NCBI GenBank assembly: GCA_964291675.2
Contig: OZ219866.1
Location: 1,632,001-1,696,000 of the forward strand
Direction of reading: 5' to 3'
Source: Alphaproteobacteria bacterium
GTDB lineage: Bacteria > Pseudomonadota > Alphaproteobacteria > MPNO01
Length of the DNA stretch: 64,000 nt
Part shown: piece by piece, positions 38,219-48,137 of the stretch
Numbering within the stretch: position 1 is the first letter of the stretch
Layout of the letters: every line of letters starts with the position of its first letter
The notes under the pieces: model-generated
The model's input: only the letters and a program-made list of their open reading frames with translations
Told to the model about the DNA's origin: nothing
Database searches by the model: none
Program-made: the position numbers and the translations under genes

Positions 38219-38952
38219 CCCGCTGGCGCATCACCGTCGAGTATGACGGCACGGGCTTCGTCGGCTGGCAGCGCCAGGACAACGGGAGGTCGATCCAGGA
38301 GGCGCTGGAGACCGCCATTCTCCGCTTCTCCGGCGAGACGGCGCGGGTCTTCGGCGCCGGGAGGACCGATGCCGGGGTCCACGCGCTCGGCCAGGTCGCC
38401 CATTTCGACCTCGCGAGGACGACAACCGCCCATACCGTCGCCGATGCGCTCAACGCCCATCTGAGGCCGCAGCCGGTCGCCGTGCTCGACGCGGCGGAAG
38501 TCGATCCCGGCTTCGACGCCCGGCTGTCCGCGCGCGAGCGGGCCTATCGCTACCGTATCCTCAACCGCCGCGCGCCGCTCACCGTCGAGCGCGACCGCGC
38601 CTGGCTGGTGCAGACCCCGCTGGATGCGGCGGCGATGCGGGAGGCGGCGTCCCGGCTGGTCGGCAGGCACGATTTCTCGACCTTCCGGGCGAGCCTCTGC
38701 CAGGCGCGCTCGCCGGTGAAGACCCTCGACGTGCTGGACGTCGCGCGCGACGGCCACGAGATCCGCATCGAGGCCCGCGCGCGATCCTTCCTGCACCGCC
38801 AGGTGCGCAATATCGCCGGCACGCTTCGTCTGGTGGGCGAGGGCAGGTGGAGCGCGGACGACGTGACAGCCGCGCTCGAGGCGCGCGCCCGCAGTCGGGG
38901 CGGCCCCACCGCGCCGGCGAGCGGGCTCTATCTGACCGAGGTGCTCTACTGA
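38215..38952 (+). CDS. truA: tRNA pseudouridine(38-40) synthase
   Basis: [37 protein letters not shown]; GTGA overlap with fmt. Confidence 0.96.
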   Translation: MTRWRITVEYDGTGFVGWQRQDNGRSIQEALETAILRFSGETARVFGAGRTDAGVHALGQVAHFDLARTTTAHTVADALNAHLRPQPVAVLDAAEVDPGFDARLSARERAYRYRILNRRAPLTVERDRAWLVQTPLDAAAMREAASRLVGRHDFSTFRASLCQARSPVKTLDVLDVARDGHEIRIEARARSFLHRQVRNIAGTLRLVGEGRWSADDVTAALEARARSRGGPTAPASGLYLTEVLY

Positions 38953-38959
38953 GCCCCGG

Positions 38960-39523
38960 CTATAGGAAGCGGTTGGACACCAGGTTGATCAGGACGCTGA
39001 TGATCAGGTCCAGCCCGACGATCGCCGCCGCGCCGCCGCCCGAGATCTCCAGCGCCGTGCGCGCGATGAACCACTGGTAGAACAGGATCGCGACGGTCGC
39101 GGCGAGACCCAGAAAGACGGAATAGGCGCCGCCCAGAAGCCCCTTGGACAGGATCGTCACGGCGAGGAACAGCGCCACCTGGATCACGTTCGACCAGTTG
39201 TGGGCGACGATGTATCGCAGATAGCGGTCGAAGCGCCCGATGCGGTCGCAGACATAGATCATGACCAGGGGGAAGGCGACCCAGCCGATGATATAGGCGA
39301 GGGTTTCCACCGCGATGACGGCGAGCCATCCCGCCCGAGCGTCGACCTCGGCGAGCCTGAGAATCAGCAGGAACGCGTAGGCGGGCGCGACGATCGCCGC
39401 GGCGTTGAAAGATTTCCAATAGGCCTCGATGGTCGAGTCGAAACAGTCGAGCCCCTTGCGGTCGAGCAGCGCGAGCCGCCAGGCGCCGTAGACAGCACGC
39501 ATGAATTCGCCGCCGGTGACCAT
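38960..39523 (-). CDS. Conserved membrane protein
   Basis: About 5 hydrophobic helices, YIVAHNWS motif; follows dapE in the same operon. Confidence 0.8.
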   Translation of the reverse strand: MVTGGEFMRAVYGAWRLALLDRKGLDCFDSTIEAYWKSFNAAAIVAPAYAFLLILRLAEVDARAGWLAVIAVETLAYIIGWVAFPLVMIYVCDRIGRFDRYLRYIVAHNWSNVIQVALFLAVTILSKGLLGGAYSVFLGLAATVAILFYQWFIARTALEISGGGAAAIVGLDLIISVLINLVSNRFL

Positions 39524-39529
39524 CCCGCC

Positions 39530-40684
39530 TCAGCCCGGGAAGTAGTTGTCGATGACGCGCTCGTATATGTCGCCGAGGGCGGCGAGGTCGGCCAGCGCGA
39601 TCCGCTCGTCGACCTTGTGCATGGTCTGCCCGATGGCGCCGAATTCGGCGACCGCGCAGTAATCCTTGATGAAACGGGCATCCGACGTGCCGCCGGTCGT
39701 GCTCAGCACGGCCTCGCTCCCGACCACCGATCCGATCGAATGCTGGATCAGCTCGCTCAGCCTGCCCGGCGGGGTGAGAAACGATTCGCCGGTCAGATGC
39801 GTCTCCAGCTCGTACTCGCCGCCGACCGCATCGAGGCGTTCGCGGACCCAGGCGAGCATGCTCTCTCCGCTATGCAGGTCGTTGAAGCGGATGTTGAAGG
39901 CCGCGCGCGCGACGCCCGGGATGACGTTGGTCGCGGCGTTGCCGACATCGACGGTGGTGAGCTGGAGGTTGCTCGGCTGGAAATGTTCGGTGCCGTCGTC
40001 GATCGGCGTCTCGGCGAGGGCGGTCAGCATGCGCGCCAGCCTCGGCAGCGGGTTGTCGGCAAGCTGCGGGTAGGCGGTATGGCCCTGCACGCCGCGCACC
40101 GTGATCCAGCCCGACAGCGCGCCGCGGCGGCCGATCTTGATCATCTCGCCGAGCCGCATCGGGTTGGTCGGCTCGCCGACCAGGCAGTCGTCGATCCGCT
40201 CGCCGCGCTCGGCGACCCAGTCCAGCAGCTTGGCGGTGCCGTTGATCGCCGGGCCCTCCTCGTCGCCGGTGATCAGCAGGCTGATCGACCCGTCGAACGC
40301 TCCGCCGCGCCGGTCGAGAAAGCGCGACACCGCGCCGACGAAGGCGGCGATCGCCCCCTTCATGTCGGCGGCGCCGCGGCCGTACAGGACGCCGTCACGG
40401 ATCTCGCCCGCGAACGGGTCGACCGTCCATGACCCGCGATCCCCGACCGGGACCACATCGGTGTGTCCGGCGAAGCAGAAATTGGGAGAACCCGTGCCGA
40501 GCCGGGCATAGAGGTTCTGCACGTCCGGCGTTCCCGGCGCGCTGAACGTCACATGGTGGCAGGCGAAGCCGAGCCGTTCCAGCGCGCCCGCGAGCGTCGC
40601 CTGCGATCCGCCGTCTTCCGGCGTAACGCTGGGGCAGCGGATCAGGGCCCGCGCCAGTTCGACGGCATCGACGACAGCGTTCAA
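39530..40684 (-). CDS. dapE: Succinyl-diaminopimelate desuccinylase
   Basis: [40 protein letters not shown]. Confidence 0.96.
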   Translation of the reverse strand: MNAVVDAVELARALIRCPSVTPEDGGSQATLAGALERLGFACHHVTFSAPGTPDVQNLYARLGTGSPNFCFAGHTDVVPVGDRGSWTVDPFAGEIRDGVLYGRGAADMKGAIAAFVGAVSRFLDRRGGAFDGSISLLITGDEEGPAINGTAKLLDWVAERGERIDDCLVGEPTNPMRLGEMIKIGRRGALSGWITVRGVQGHTAYPQLADNPLPRLARMLTALAETPIDDGTEHFQPSNLQLTTVDVGNAATNVIPGVARAAFNIRFNDLHSGESMLAWVRERLDAVGGEYELETHLTGESFLTPPGRLSELIQHSIGSVVGSEAVLSTTGGTSDARFIKDYCAVAEFGAIGQTMHKVDERIALADLAALGDIYERVIDNYFPG

Positions 40685-41538
40685 TCGCGCAACAGGTCGT
40701 TGATCGAGGTTTTGGCCCGGGTGCCTTCATCGACTCGCTTGACGATGACCGCGCAGTAGAGGCTGGGGCCGGGCGAGCCGTCGGCCAGCTCGCGCCCGGG
40801 GAGCGAGCCCGGCACCACGACCGAGTATTCCGGCACCCGCCCGTAATGCACCTCGCCGGTGGCCCGGTCCACGATCCTGGTCGACGCGCCGATGAACACG
40901 CCCATCGACAGCACCGAGCCGCGCTCCACCAGCACGCCCTCGGCCACCTCGGACCGCGCGCCGATGAAGCAATCGTCCTCGACGATGACGGGGTCGGCCT
41001 GGAGCGGCTCCAGCACGCCGCCGATCCCCGCCCCGCCGGATATATGGCAGTTGCGCCCGATCTGGGCGCAGGAGCCGACCGTCGCCCAGGTGTCGATCAT
41101 GGTGCCGCGGTCGACATAGGCGCCCAGGTTGACGAAGCTCGGCATCAGGACGACGCCGGGCGCGATATAGGCCGAGCGCCTGACCACGCAGTTGGGCACC
41201 GCGCGAAATCCGGCCTGGCGGAAACGCGCCTCGTCCCAGCCGGCGAATTTCGGCGAGACCTTGTCGAACCAGGGCGTCGCGCCGCGATGCGGATCGTCCG
41301 GCCCGCCCGGCATCGGGGCGGTGTCGTAGAGCCTGAACGACAGGAGGACGGCCTTCTTGAGCCACTGATTGACGCGCCACTCTCCGTCGATCCTCTCGGC
41401 GACCCTGAGCGAGCCGGAATCGAGCCCGTCGAGCGCGGCCTCGATGGCCGCGCGCAAATCCCCGCCGGTCGCGGGGGAGATCGTCTCGCGGTCTTCCCAC
41501 GCGACGTCGATGGTCGATCGAAGCGAGTCTTCGTTCAT
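40681..41538 (-). CDS. dapD: Tetrahydrodipicolinate N-succinyltransferase
   Basis: [42 protein letters not shown]. Confidence 0.97.
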   Translation of the reverse strand: MNEDSLRSTIDVAWEDRETISPATGGDLRAAIEAALDGLDSGSLRVAERIDGEWRVNQWLKKAVLLSFRLYDTAPMPGGPDDPHRGATPWFDKVSPKFAGWDEARFRQAGFRAVPNCVVRRSAYIAPGVVLMPSFVNLGAYVDRGTMIDTWATVGSCAQIGRNCHISGGAGIGGVLEPLQADPVIVEDDCFIGARSEVAEGVLVERGSVLSMGVFIGASTRIVDRATGEVHYGRVPEYSVVVPGSLPGRELADGSPGPSLYCAVIVKRVDEGTRAKTSINDLLRD

Positions 41539-41591
41539 GCGTCCCGAGGCCCCTGGCGGATGCGCAGAAAATCACCGCCCGGCGCGTCCTG

Positions 41592-42284
41592 TCAACACGG
41601 CGCGGCGACGCCTTCGAGCCACCCGGCGATGTCGTGGGTCTGATGGTGGATATGCGGCCCGGCGGCGGCGTCCTCGTCCCAGGCGGCGCCGGTCCGCACC
41701 CAGATCGTGGTCATTCCCATCCTGGCCGCGGGCTCCAGGTTGTGCGGGATGTCGTCGACCATCGCCGCCCGCTGCGCGTCGATGCCGTGCAGGTCGCAGA
41801 GATGGCGGTAGCTCTCGATCTCCGGCTTGGGGCGAAAGCCCGCGGCCTCGATGTCATAGACCGCATCGAAATGCTCTCCGAGCGATAGCAGATCGAGCAC
41901 CAGCCGCGCGTGGCTGGCGAAGGCGTTGGTGTAGATCACCTTGCGCCCGTCGAGCGCCGCGATGGCGTCCTGCAGGCGGCGGTCCGGCCTGAGCCCGGAG
42001 TAATCGAGCCCGCCCCCCATATGGCTCTCGTATACCCTTGGATCCAGGCCGTGATTGACCATCAGCCCGCGCAGCGTGAGCCCGTATTTGCGGAAATAGT
42101 CCTTCTGGATGGCGTAGGCAGTCTCCGCATCCACGCCGAGAAACTCCGAAACGAAGCGGCGCATGCGCGCATCCAGCTCGGCATGCATGGGCGGCGGTAC
42201 GCGATAGAGCGTGTTGTCGAGGTCGAACACCCAGGTCTCGACGCCGCCCAGGCCCGGGATCGCGGTTTGCCGTCGGCGTTCCAT
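41592..42284 (-). CDS. HAD-family pyrimidine 5'-nucleotidase
   Basis: WVFDLDNTLY, YGLTLRGL, PKP, MVDDIPHNL, GMTTIWV. Confidence 0.9.
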   Translation of the reverse strand: MERRRQTAIPGLGGVETWVFDLDNTLYRVPPPMHAELDARMRRFVSEFLGVDAETAYAIQKDYFRKYGLTLRGLMVNHGLDPRVYESHMGGGLDYSGLRPDRRLQDAIAALDGRKVIYTNAFASHARLVLDLLSLGEHFDAVYDIEAAGFRPKPEIESYRHLCDLHGIDAQRAAMVDDIPHNLEPAARMGMTTIWVRTGAAWDEDAAAGPHIHHQTHDIAGWLEGVAAPC

Positions 42285-42307
42285 GCAAGTCCGTGCGGCC
42301 GCGCGCA

Positions 42308-43255
42308 TTACGCGCCCGCCGGCGCACCCTCCGACCGGATCAGCGTTCCGACGCCGCGCTCGGTGAACACTTCGAGCAGGATCGCGTGCGGCACCCGACC
42401 GTCGAGGATGATCGCGGCCTCTACCGCGTTCTCGACCGCGTTGAGGCAGGTCTCGATCTTCGGGATCATGCCGCCGGTGATCGTCCCCTCGGCGATGGAC
42501 GAGCGCGCCTGACCCGCGCCCATCTCGCCGATCAGCCTGCCCTCCCGGTCAAGCACGCCTTCGACGTCGGTCAGCAGGAAGAGCCGCGCCGCCCCCATGG
42601 CGGCGGCGATGGCGCCGGCCACCGTATCGCCGTTGATGTTGTACGTCGTGCCGTCGTCGCCGACGCCGATGGGCGCGATCACCGGGATGATCGAGGACCG
42701 CTCGAGGGTCTCCAGGACCCGCGCGTTGATCGCCATCGGCTCGCCGACGAAGCCGAGATCGAGCACCTTCTCGATATTCGAATCGGAACGCCGGGCGGTC
42801 TGGCGCAGCTTGCGGGCGCGCACCAGATCCCCGTCCTTGCCGGACAGCCCGACCGCGAGCCCGCCGGCCCGGTTGACCGCGGTGACGATCTGCTTGTTGA
42901 TCGAACCGCTGAGCACCATCTCGACGATCTCGACGGTGGCCCGGTCGGTCACCCGCAGCCCGTCGACGAAATCGCTCTTGATCTTGAGGCGTTGCAGCAT
43001 CTCGCCGATCTGCGGCCCGCCGCCATGGACCACGATCGGGTTGATGCCGATCCGCTTCAACAGCACGATATCGTGGGCGAACTGGTCGGCGAGCGCGGGA
43101 TCGCCCATCGCGTGCCCGCCGAACTTCACCACGAATGTCCGCCCGGCATAGACCTGCATATAGGGCAGCGCCTCGGACAGCGTGGCGGCCTTCTCCAGCC
43201 ATGTCGCGAGGTCGTCGCCGCCCGGCCCAGCCTTGGAAATCTCGGGTTTCGTCAT
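42308..43255 (-). CDS. argB: Acetylglutamate kinase
   Basis: [32 protein letters not shown]. Confidence 0.97.
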   Translation of the reverse strand: MTKPEISKAGPGGDDLATWLEKAATLSEALPYMQVYAGRTFVVKFGGHAMGDPALADQFAHDIVLLKRIGINPIVVHGGGPQIGEMLQRLKIKSDFVDGLRVTDRATVEIVEMVLSGSINKQIVTAVNRAGGLAVGLSGKDGDLVRARKLRQTARRSDSNIEKVLDLGFVGEPMAINARVLETLERSSIIPVIAPIGVGDDGTTYNINGDTVAGAIAAAMGAARLFLLTDVEGVLDREGRLIGEMGAGQARSSIAEGTITGGMIPKIETCLNAVENAVEAAIILDGRVPHAILLEVFTERGVGTLIRSEGAPAGA

Positions 43256-43266
43256 CGCGCGGCACT

Positions 43267-43950
43267 CTAGCCGAGGGGGTTGGCGCTCGCCAGCGCGGCG
43301 ATCTCGGCGCGGAGCTCGGCGATGCCGGCCTGCGTGCGCGCGCTGGTGACGATCAGGCGCGGGTGCGCCGCGACATGGCCCTGGAGGATCGAGCGCGTGC
43401 CGTCCTCGCTCGTCCGCAAGGCGTCGTCGCCGATCTTGTCCGCCTTGGTGAGCACGCCCTGGAACGACACCCCGGATTCGTCCAGCATGGCCATCAGCGC
43501 GCGGTCGCTGTCGCTGACGCCGTGCCGGGCATCGATCAGCAGGCAGAGCCGCTTAAGAGCCGCCCGGCCCTTGAGATAGGCCCGGAGCAGCCGGTTCCAC
43601 TGGCCGATCTCCGCCTTGGACGCGCGCGCGTAGCCGTAGCCCGGCAAATCGACCAGCATCAGCCGGCCGCCGAGATCGAAGAAGTTGAGCTGGCGCGTGC
43701 GCCCCGGGGTGCGCGAGGTGCGCGCCAGCGACCGGCGGCCGGTGAGCGCGTTGATCAGCGTCGACTTGCCGACATTCGACCGCCCGGCAAAGGCGGTCTC
43801 GGGCAGGGCGGAAGGGGGGAGCGCGTCGATCGAGGCGATTCCGGCAACGAAGTCGCAGCGGCCGGCGAACAGGCGCCGGCCATGTTCCATCGCCGCCCGC
43901 GCCTCGGCGTCGTTCTCCATCGCCCCGGATGCATCGCCGGTCTCGCCCAC
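43267..43950 (-). CDS. engB: Ribosome biogenesis GTPase YihA/EngB
   Basis: [22 protein letters not shown]. Start uncertain. Confidence 0.95.
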   Translation of the reverse strand: MGETGDASGAMENDAEARAAMEHGRRLFAGRCDFVAGIASIDALPPSALPETAFAGRSNVGKSTLINALTGRRSLARTSRTPGRTRQLNFFDLGGRLMLVDLPGYGYARASKAEIGQWNRLLRAYLKGRAALKRLCLLIDARHGVSDSDRALMAMLDESGVSFQGVLTKADKIGDDALRTSEDGTRSILQGHVAAHPRLIVTSARTQAGIAELRAEIAALASANPLG

Positions 43951-43964
43951 CGCGCGGCTCCGGT

Positions 43965-45944
43965 TCAGGACGCCTTGCGCTTCGGCCGTTTGCGCTTGTT
44001 GTTGCCGGGACGGCGCTTGGGCGGGCTCTGCGGCGCCTCCTCTGTGGAGGCCTTCTTGCGCCGCTTCGCCTTGGCCGGTCCCGCAGCCGGTTTCGCGCCG
44101 GAGGACGCGCCGGAATCGGGCTTGGTCTTGCTACCCGGCAGCGCGACGGTCTGGCCCGACATGGTCACCCCCATCTGGCGCATGATGATCCATTGCTGGG
44201 CGATCGAAAGCAGGTTGTTCCAGGCCCAGTAGATCACCAGCCCGGCGGGGAACTGGCCCAGCATGAAGGTGAACACGATGGGCAGCATCAGGAAGATCTT
44301 GGCCTGGGTGGGATCGGCCGGCTGCGGGTTCAGCTTCTGCTGCAGGTACATGGTGCCGCCCATGATGAGCGGCCAGATGCCGATATTGGCGAGTTGCAGT
44401 ATTTCGGGGATCGACCACTCGACCAGCCCGAACACGGTGAGGATGCCGAGCGGGTCGGGGGCGGACAGGTCCTGAATCCAGCCGAAGAACGGCGCGTGGC
44501 GCATCTCGATGGAGACGAACAGCACCTTGTAGAGCGCGAAGAAGACCGGGATCTGGATCAGGATGGGGAAGCAGCCGCTGACCGGGTTGGCGTTCTCCTT
44601 CTTGTAGAGCGCCATCATCTCCTGGTTCTGGCGCTGGCGGTCCTCCTTGAAGCGGTCGCGGATCTTCATCATCTCGGGCTGGAGCTTCTTGAGCCGGCTC
44701 ATCGCCCGGTAGGATTTGTTGGCCAGCGGGAAGAACGCGATCTTGATCAGCACGGTGAGCAGCAGGATCGCGACGCCGAAATTGCCGAGCAGGCGGTTGA
44801 AGTACTCCAGCACGTAGAAGATCGGCTTGGTCAGGAAGTAGAACCAGCCGAAATCGACCGCGAGATCGAAATTGACGATGCCGAGATCGGCCTCGTAGGC
44901 GTCCAGCAGGCGGACTTCCTTGGCGCCGGCGAACAGGCGCTTGGTCACCTCGACCGTCGCGCCGGGCTGGACGACCAGCTGCGGCCCGAGCACGTCGACC
45001 TGGTACTTGTCTTCGCGGTCCTGCTGGGTGTGGACGAACCGGCTGGCGATGGCGGTCTTCTGGTCGGGAACCAGCGCGGCGAGCCAGAACTTGTCGGTGA
45101 TGCCGATCCAGCCGCCCTCGCTGGTCTGCGAGATCATGCCGTTGTCGGCATCGGATACGTCGTCGTAGTCGACCTCTTTCAGCGCGTCTCCGAACACGCC
45201 GAGCAGCCCCTCGTGCAGGATCCAGAAGCCCAGCGTATCCGGCTCGCCGGTGCGCGAGATCAGCCCGTAGGGCCTGAGCCCGACGGAACGCTCGCCGCGG
45301 TTGGTGACGCGCTGGGTGACCTTGAACATGTAGTCCCGGTCGAGCGTGATCTCCTGGGTGAAGGCCAGCCCGGCGCCGTTGTTCCACGAGAGCGCGAGCG
45401 GGCGCTCCGGTTCGAGCGTGCCGCTCGGGCTGGTCCACACCGTCTCCGGCGTCGGTGTGACGACGTCGGTATCCGTCGCCACCCAGCCGAACTGCGCGAA
45501 ATAGGGCGCCCCCGATCCCGGCGGCGCGAACAGCGTGATCTGCGCACTGTCGTCTTCGATGGTCTCCCGGTAATCGGTGAGCAGCAGGTCGTCGATGCGG
45601 GCGCCCTTGAGCGAGAGCGAGCCCTTGAGCCGGCTGGAGTCGATCCGCACCCTGGGCTCGGTCGCGGCCGGCGGCGCCGAGGGGGCGACCCCGGGCGCCG
45701 GTGGAAGCCCCACCGTCCCGCCCGGCACCCCGGGGAGCACCGCGCCGCTGCCCGCGCCGCCGGCGGGCGGGGTCGCGGGCCTGGCCGTCTCGACGGTCTC
45801 GCCCGCCGCCCGGCGCTCCGCCTCGGCGGCCTGCTGCGCCGCCCGCTCGCGCTCGATGCGCGGCTGCTCGAACAGGAACTGGTAGCCGAGCAGGACCGCC
45901 ACCGAGAAGACGATCGCGAGCAGCAGGTTGCGCTGTTCCATCAT
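43965..45944 (-). CDS. yidC: Membrane protein insertase YidC
   Basis: N-terminal TM, DFGWFYFLTKP, GCFPILIQIPVF, YWAWNN; basic C-terminal tail. Confidence 0.97.
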   Translation of the reverse strand: MMEQRNLLLAIVFSVAVLLGYQFLFEQPRIERERAAQQAAEAERRAAGETVETARPATPPAGGAGSGAVLPGVPGGTVGLPPAPGVAPSAPPAATEPRVRIDSSRLKGSLSLKGARIDDLLLTDYRETIEDDSAQITLFAPPGSGAPYFAQFGWVATDTDVVTPTPETVWTSPSGTLEPERPLALSWNNGAGLAFTQEITLDRDYMFKVTQRVTNRGERSVGLRPYGLISRTGEPDTLGFWILHEGLLGVFGDALKEVDYDDVSDADNGMISQTSEGGWIGITDKFWLAALVPDQKTAIASRFVHTQQDREDKYQVDVLGPQLVVQPGATVEVTKRLFAGAKEVRLLDAYEADLGIVNFDLAVDFGWFYFLTKPIFYVLEYFNRLLGNFGVAILLLTVLIKIAFFPLANKSYRAMSRLKKLQPEMMKIRDRFKEDRQRQNQEMMALYKKENANPVSGCFPILIQIPVFFALYKVLFVSIEMRHAPFFGWIQDLSAPDPLGILTVFGLVEWSIPEILQLANIGIWPLIMGGTMYLQQKLNPQPADPTQAKIFLMLPIVFTFMLGQFPAGLVIYWAWNNLLSIAQQWIIMRQMGVTMSGQTVALPGSKTKPDSGASSGAKPAAGPAKAKRRKKASTEEAPQSPPKRRPGNNKRKRPKRKAS

Positions 45945-45955
45945 GCGACGGCCGC

Positions 45956-46213
45956 CTAGCGCGCGCGTTTCCAGGGCAGGCCGACGCGCTCCGGCACCGG
46001 GTCCGGACCGCAGCCGCCCCAGGGGTGGCATCTGAGGATGCGCGCCAGGGCGAGCCAGACACCGAGCACCGGACCGTGCCGGTCGATCGCCTGGATCGCA
46101 TAGCCCGAGCAGGTCGGGTGGTACCGGCAGGTCTGCGGCAGCACCGGAGAAACCAGCCGGCGATAGGCCCAGATGGGCGCCTTCAGGAGGCCGGAGATCG
46201 CCTTGTCAATCAC
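45956..46213 (-). CDS. yidD: Membrane protein insertion efficiency factor YidD
   Basis: [23 protein letters not shown]. Confidence 0.95.
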   Translation of the reverse strand: MIDKAISGLLKAPIWAYRRLVSPVLPQTCRYHPTCSGYAIQAIDRHGPVLGVWLALARILRCHPWGGCGPDPVPERVGLPWKRAR

Positions 46214-46599
46214 CGCTCGTCCCGCTCTCGCCGCCGGCCTGCCCGCCCGTCCGCCAGCACCGCATCGGTACGCGCAACCGCCTCTTCCAGGTCTTCCACC
46301 AACGCTCCGAACGGGCGGGCGAGGGTCCCCCGCCTGCCGATCAGCACATAGTCGCGGCCGCGCCGCCCGCGCTCGCCCAATACGCGCTCGGCGACCGCCC
46401 GGAGCCGTCGACGCGCCCGGTTGCGGGCCACCGCGTTGCCCACCTTGCGGCTTACCGTGAAACCGACCCGGATGCCGCCTTCCGTCGCCTCCGCTTCGCC
46501 GTTGGGCCGAACCTGAAGGACGAGCCCCGGAGTCGCCGATTTGACGCCGGCCGCCGCCGCGCGCAGGAAGTCGCGCCGTTTCTTGAGCGTCGGCAGCAC
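46210..46599 (-). CDS. rnpA: Ribonuclease P protein component
   Basis: [31 protein letters not shown]. Confidence 0.96.
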   Translation of the reverse strand: MLPTLKKRRDFLRAAAAGVKSATPGLVLQVRPNGEAEATEGGIRVGFTVSRKVGNAVARNRARRRLRAVAERVLGERGRRGRDYVLIGRRGTLARPFGALVEDLEEAVARTDAVLADGRAGRRRERDER

Positions 46600-46609
46600 G
46601 GCAGCGCGC

Positions 46610-46744
46610 TCAGGCCGAGAGACGCTTGCGACCCTTCGCCCGGCGGTTCGACAATATCCTGCGACCGCTCACGGTTGCGCGGCGGGCACGAAATCCGTGG
46701 CGCCGCTTGCGCACCAGGACGCTCGGCTGAAAAGTGCGTTTCAA
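46610..46744 (-). CDS. rpmH: 50S ribosomal protein L34 (below the ORF-track size cutoff)
   Basis: Manual translation from TTG: [44 protein letters not shown]; GGAG RBS. Confidence 0.97.
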   Translation of the reverse strand: MKRTFQPSVLVRKRRHGFRARRATVSGRRILSNRRAKGRKRLSA

Positions 46745-46788
46745 GGCGAGAAACTCCAGGCTCGGACGCGGTCCGGAACGAGCCCCGC

Positions 46789-46817
46789 TGTATAGGGTCT
46801 CGCGCCGGGCGAGTCAA
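46789..46817 (-). promoter_or_regulatory. Putative sigma70 promoter of the rpmH operon
   Basis: Minus strand TTGACT-17 bp-TATACA. Confidence 0.6.
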
Positions 46818-46827
46818 TGCGCGCCGG

Positions 46828-46913
46828 GCGAGCCGCCGTAAAATGATCCCGCTTGGCGGCTATGCGCCGCGCGAGCCGCCGTAAAATGGTCCCGCTTGGC
46901 GGGTATGCGCCGC
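46828..46913. repeat. 43-bp tandem duplication
   Basis: GCGAGCCGCCGTAAAATGRTCCCGCTTGGCGGSTATGCGCCGC twice with 2 mismatches; each unit has an internal CCGCC/GGCGG stem. Confidence 0.9.
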
Positions 46914-47166
46914 AGAACGCCTGACACGCGTGCCGCCGCGCCGATTTAGGCGGTCCGAGGACATGGCCTGGCCGGGGGACGCTCGATACGGCATACCTTG
47001 TTGAATTCGTATAGTTCTTTGAGATCGTGAACGGTTCGGCTGCGCCGTCACGCCGCCTGTGCCGCAATTCGGCCGGGAAGGCTCGAAAACACCCGGTTTC
47101 TGTCCTGCGTCACAAGCGGTTGCAAGGTAGGCCATTCCCGGGGCCTCGCCGCCCCGGCCTCATTGA

Positions 47167-47325
47167 ATCGACCGGCTCTCGACCTGCCGGCAGATCGGCA
47201 TGGAGCCCGGACCAATCGCCTGGCGCGACATCGTGGAATACGCCGACCGGGCGGGGCTCGGCCGGGAGAACACCGAGGCGCTGGTCGCGGTGATCACGGC
47301 GATGGACGCGGCCCGGCGCGACTAG
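47167..47325 (+). pseudogene. Fragment resembling a phage tail assembly chaperone C-terminal segment
   Basis: Reads IDRLSTCRQIGMEPGPIAWRDIVEYADRAGLGRENTEALVAVITAMDAARRD*, with an in-frame stop just upstream; motif recognised from memory. Confidence 0.55.
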
Positions 47326-47447
47326 CAGGCGGCGCGGCGTGACGCGGATCGCCGACGGTTTCAACACCCGGTAAATTTTCCGTCGCAAATTCTCTCAAGG
47401 AGAGAAAAATCGATACTTACTACAACCAGGGAGATAGAATTCGGGCA

Positions 47448-47975
47448 ATGGGCGGGAGAGGCGGCATGGAAGGCAGCGGCGCCAGGCTCCGCTGGCGGCT
47501 CACAACGCAGTTCGGCGTGTTCGTGGCGTTCATCCTGCTGATGGTGCTGTCCGGGCTCGCGGCGCTCATCCTGCTGATCGCGCTTGCCGACCGCGTGGTC
47601 GCCCCGGCCCCCGAGCGGCCGGCGGGCACGGAACGCGGCGGGGAGACGGCCCCGTTACGCTACGACCGGTCGGCCAGGGAGGAAATGGACGCCTTGTTTC
47701 GCGAAACCCCGGAAGGCCACGTCCCGTCGGTCAGGGACGAATGGGCCACCGCGCTGCACGGAATCCCCGGGGTGGGCCATGCCGAGTGGCGCGACGACAC
47801 GCTCAACGTGTTCGTCGACTTCCGCGGCGGCGGGGAGGAGTTCGAGCTGCTGGCGCTCCGGCTGTGCCACGGGCTGGTGCAGGTCGGGGTGCGCGGGGTC
47901 TATGTCGCGCTGCTCGATCACGAGTTCGCCAAGCTCGGCGTGACGAAGACGCGGCAGCACATGTTTTGCCCTTGA
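47448..47975 (+). CDS. Hypothetical membrane-anchored protein (possible phage moron)
   Basis: Long N-terminal hydrophobic helix plus soluble domain; AT-rich upstream region containing TAGAAT. Confidence 0.65.
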   Translation: MGGRGGMEGSGARLRWRLTTQFGVFVAFILLMVLSGLAALILLIALADRVVAPAPERPAGTERGGETAPLRYDRSAREEMDALFRETPEGHVPSVRDEWATALHGIPGVGHAEWRDDTLNVFVDFRGGGEEFELLALRLCHGLVQVGVRGVYVALLDHEFAKLGVTKTRQHMFCP

Positions 47976-48070
47976 CCGGGACGTTGCTCGGCGGCGGCGC
48001 GATCGTCCGCACGCTCGCCGAGTTCGGCCAGGCGATGTCGACGGTCCGCGCAATCGCCGGGGTGACGGGG
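47972..48070 (+). pseudogene. Fragment resembling a phage tape-measure protein (TP901-type core start)
   Basis: Reads LTGTLLGGGAIVRTLAEFGQAMSTVRAIAGVTG, like the A.F...MS.V.AI.G.T motif; very short. Confidence 0.4.
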
Positions 48071-48137
48071 CGTCGCCGCCCCGGTCTCGTTGAAGCACGG
48101 TCTACGTCATGACGGACGACGTCCCGCCGGTCCGCGG

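Noticed and set aside
46828-46913. CRISPR array
   Set aside because: Only two abutting copies, no spacers and no cas genes; the REPIN-like repeats are dispersed rather than arrayed.
46745-47447. oriC/dnaA next to rpmH
   Set aside because: No dnaA gene and no DnaA-box cluster seen.
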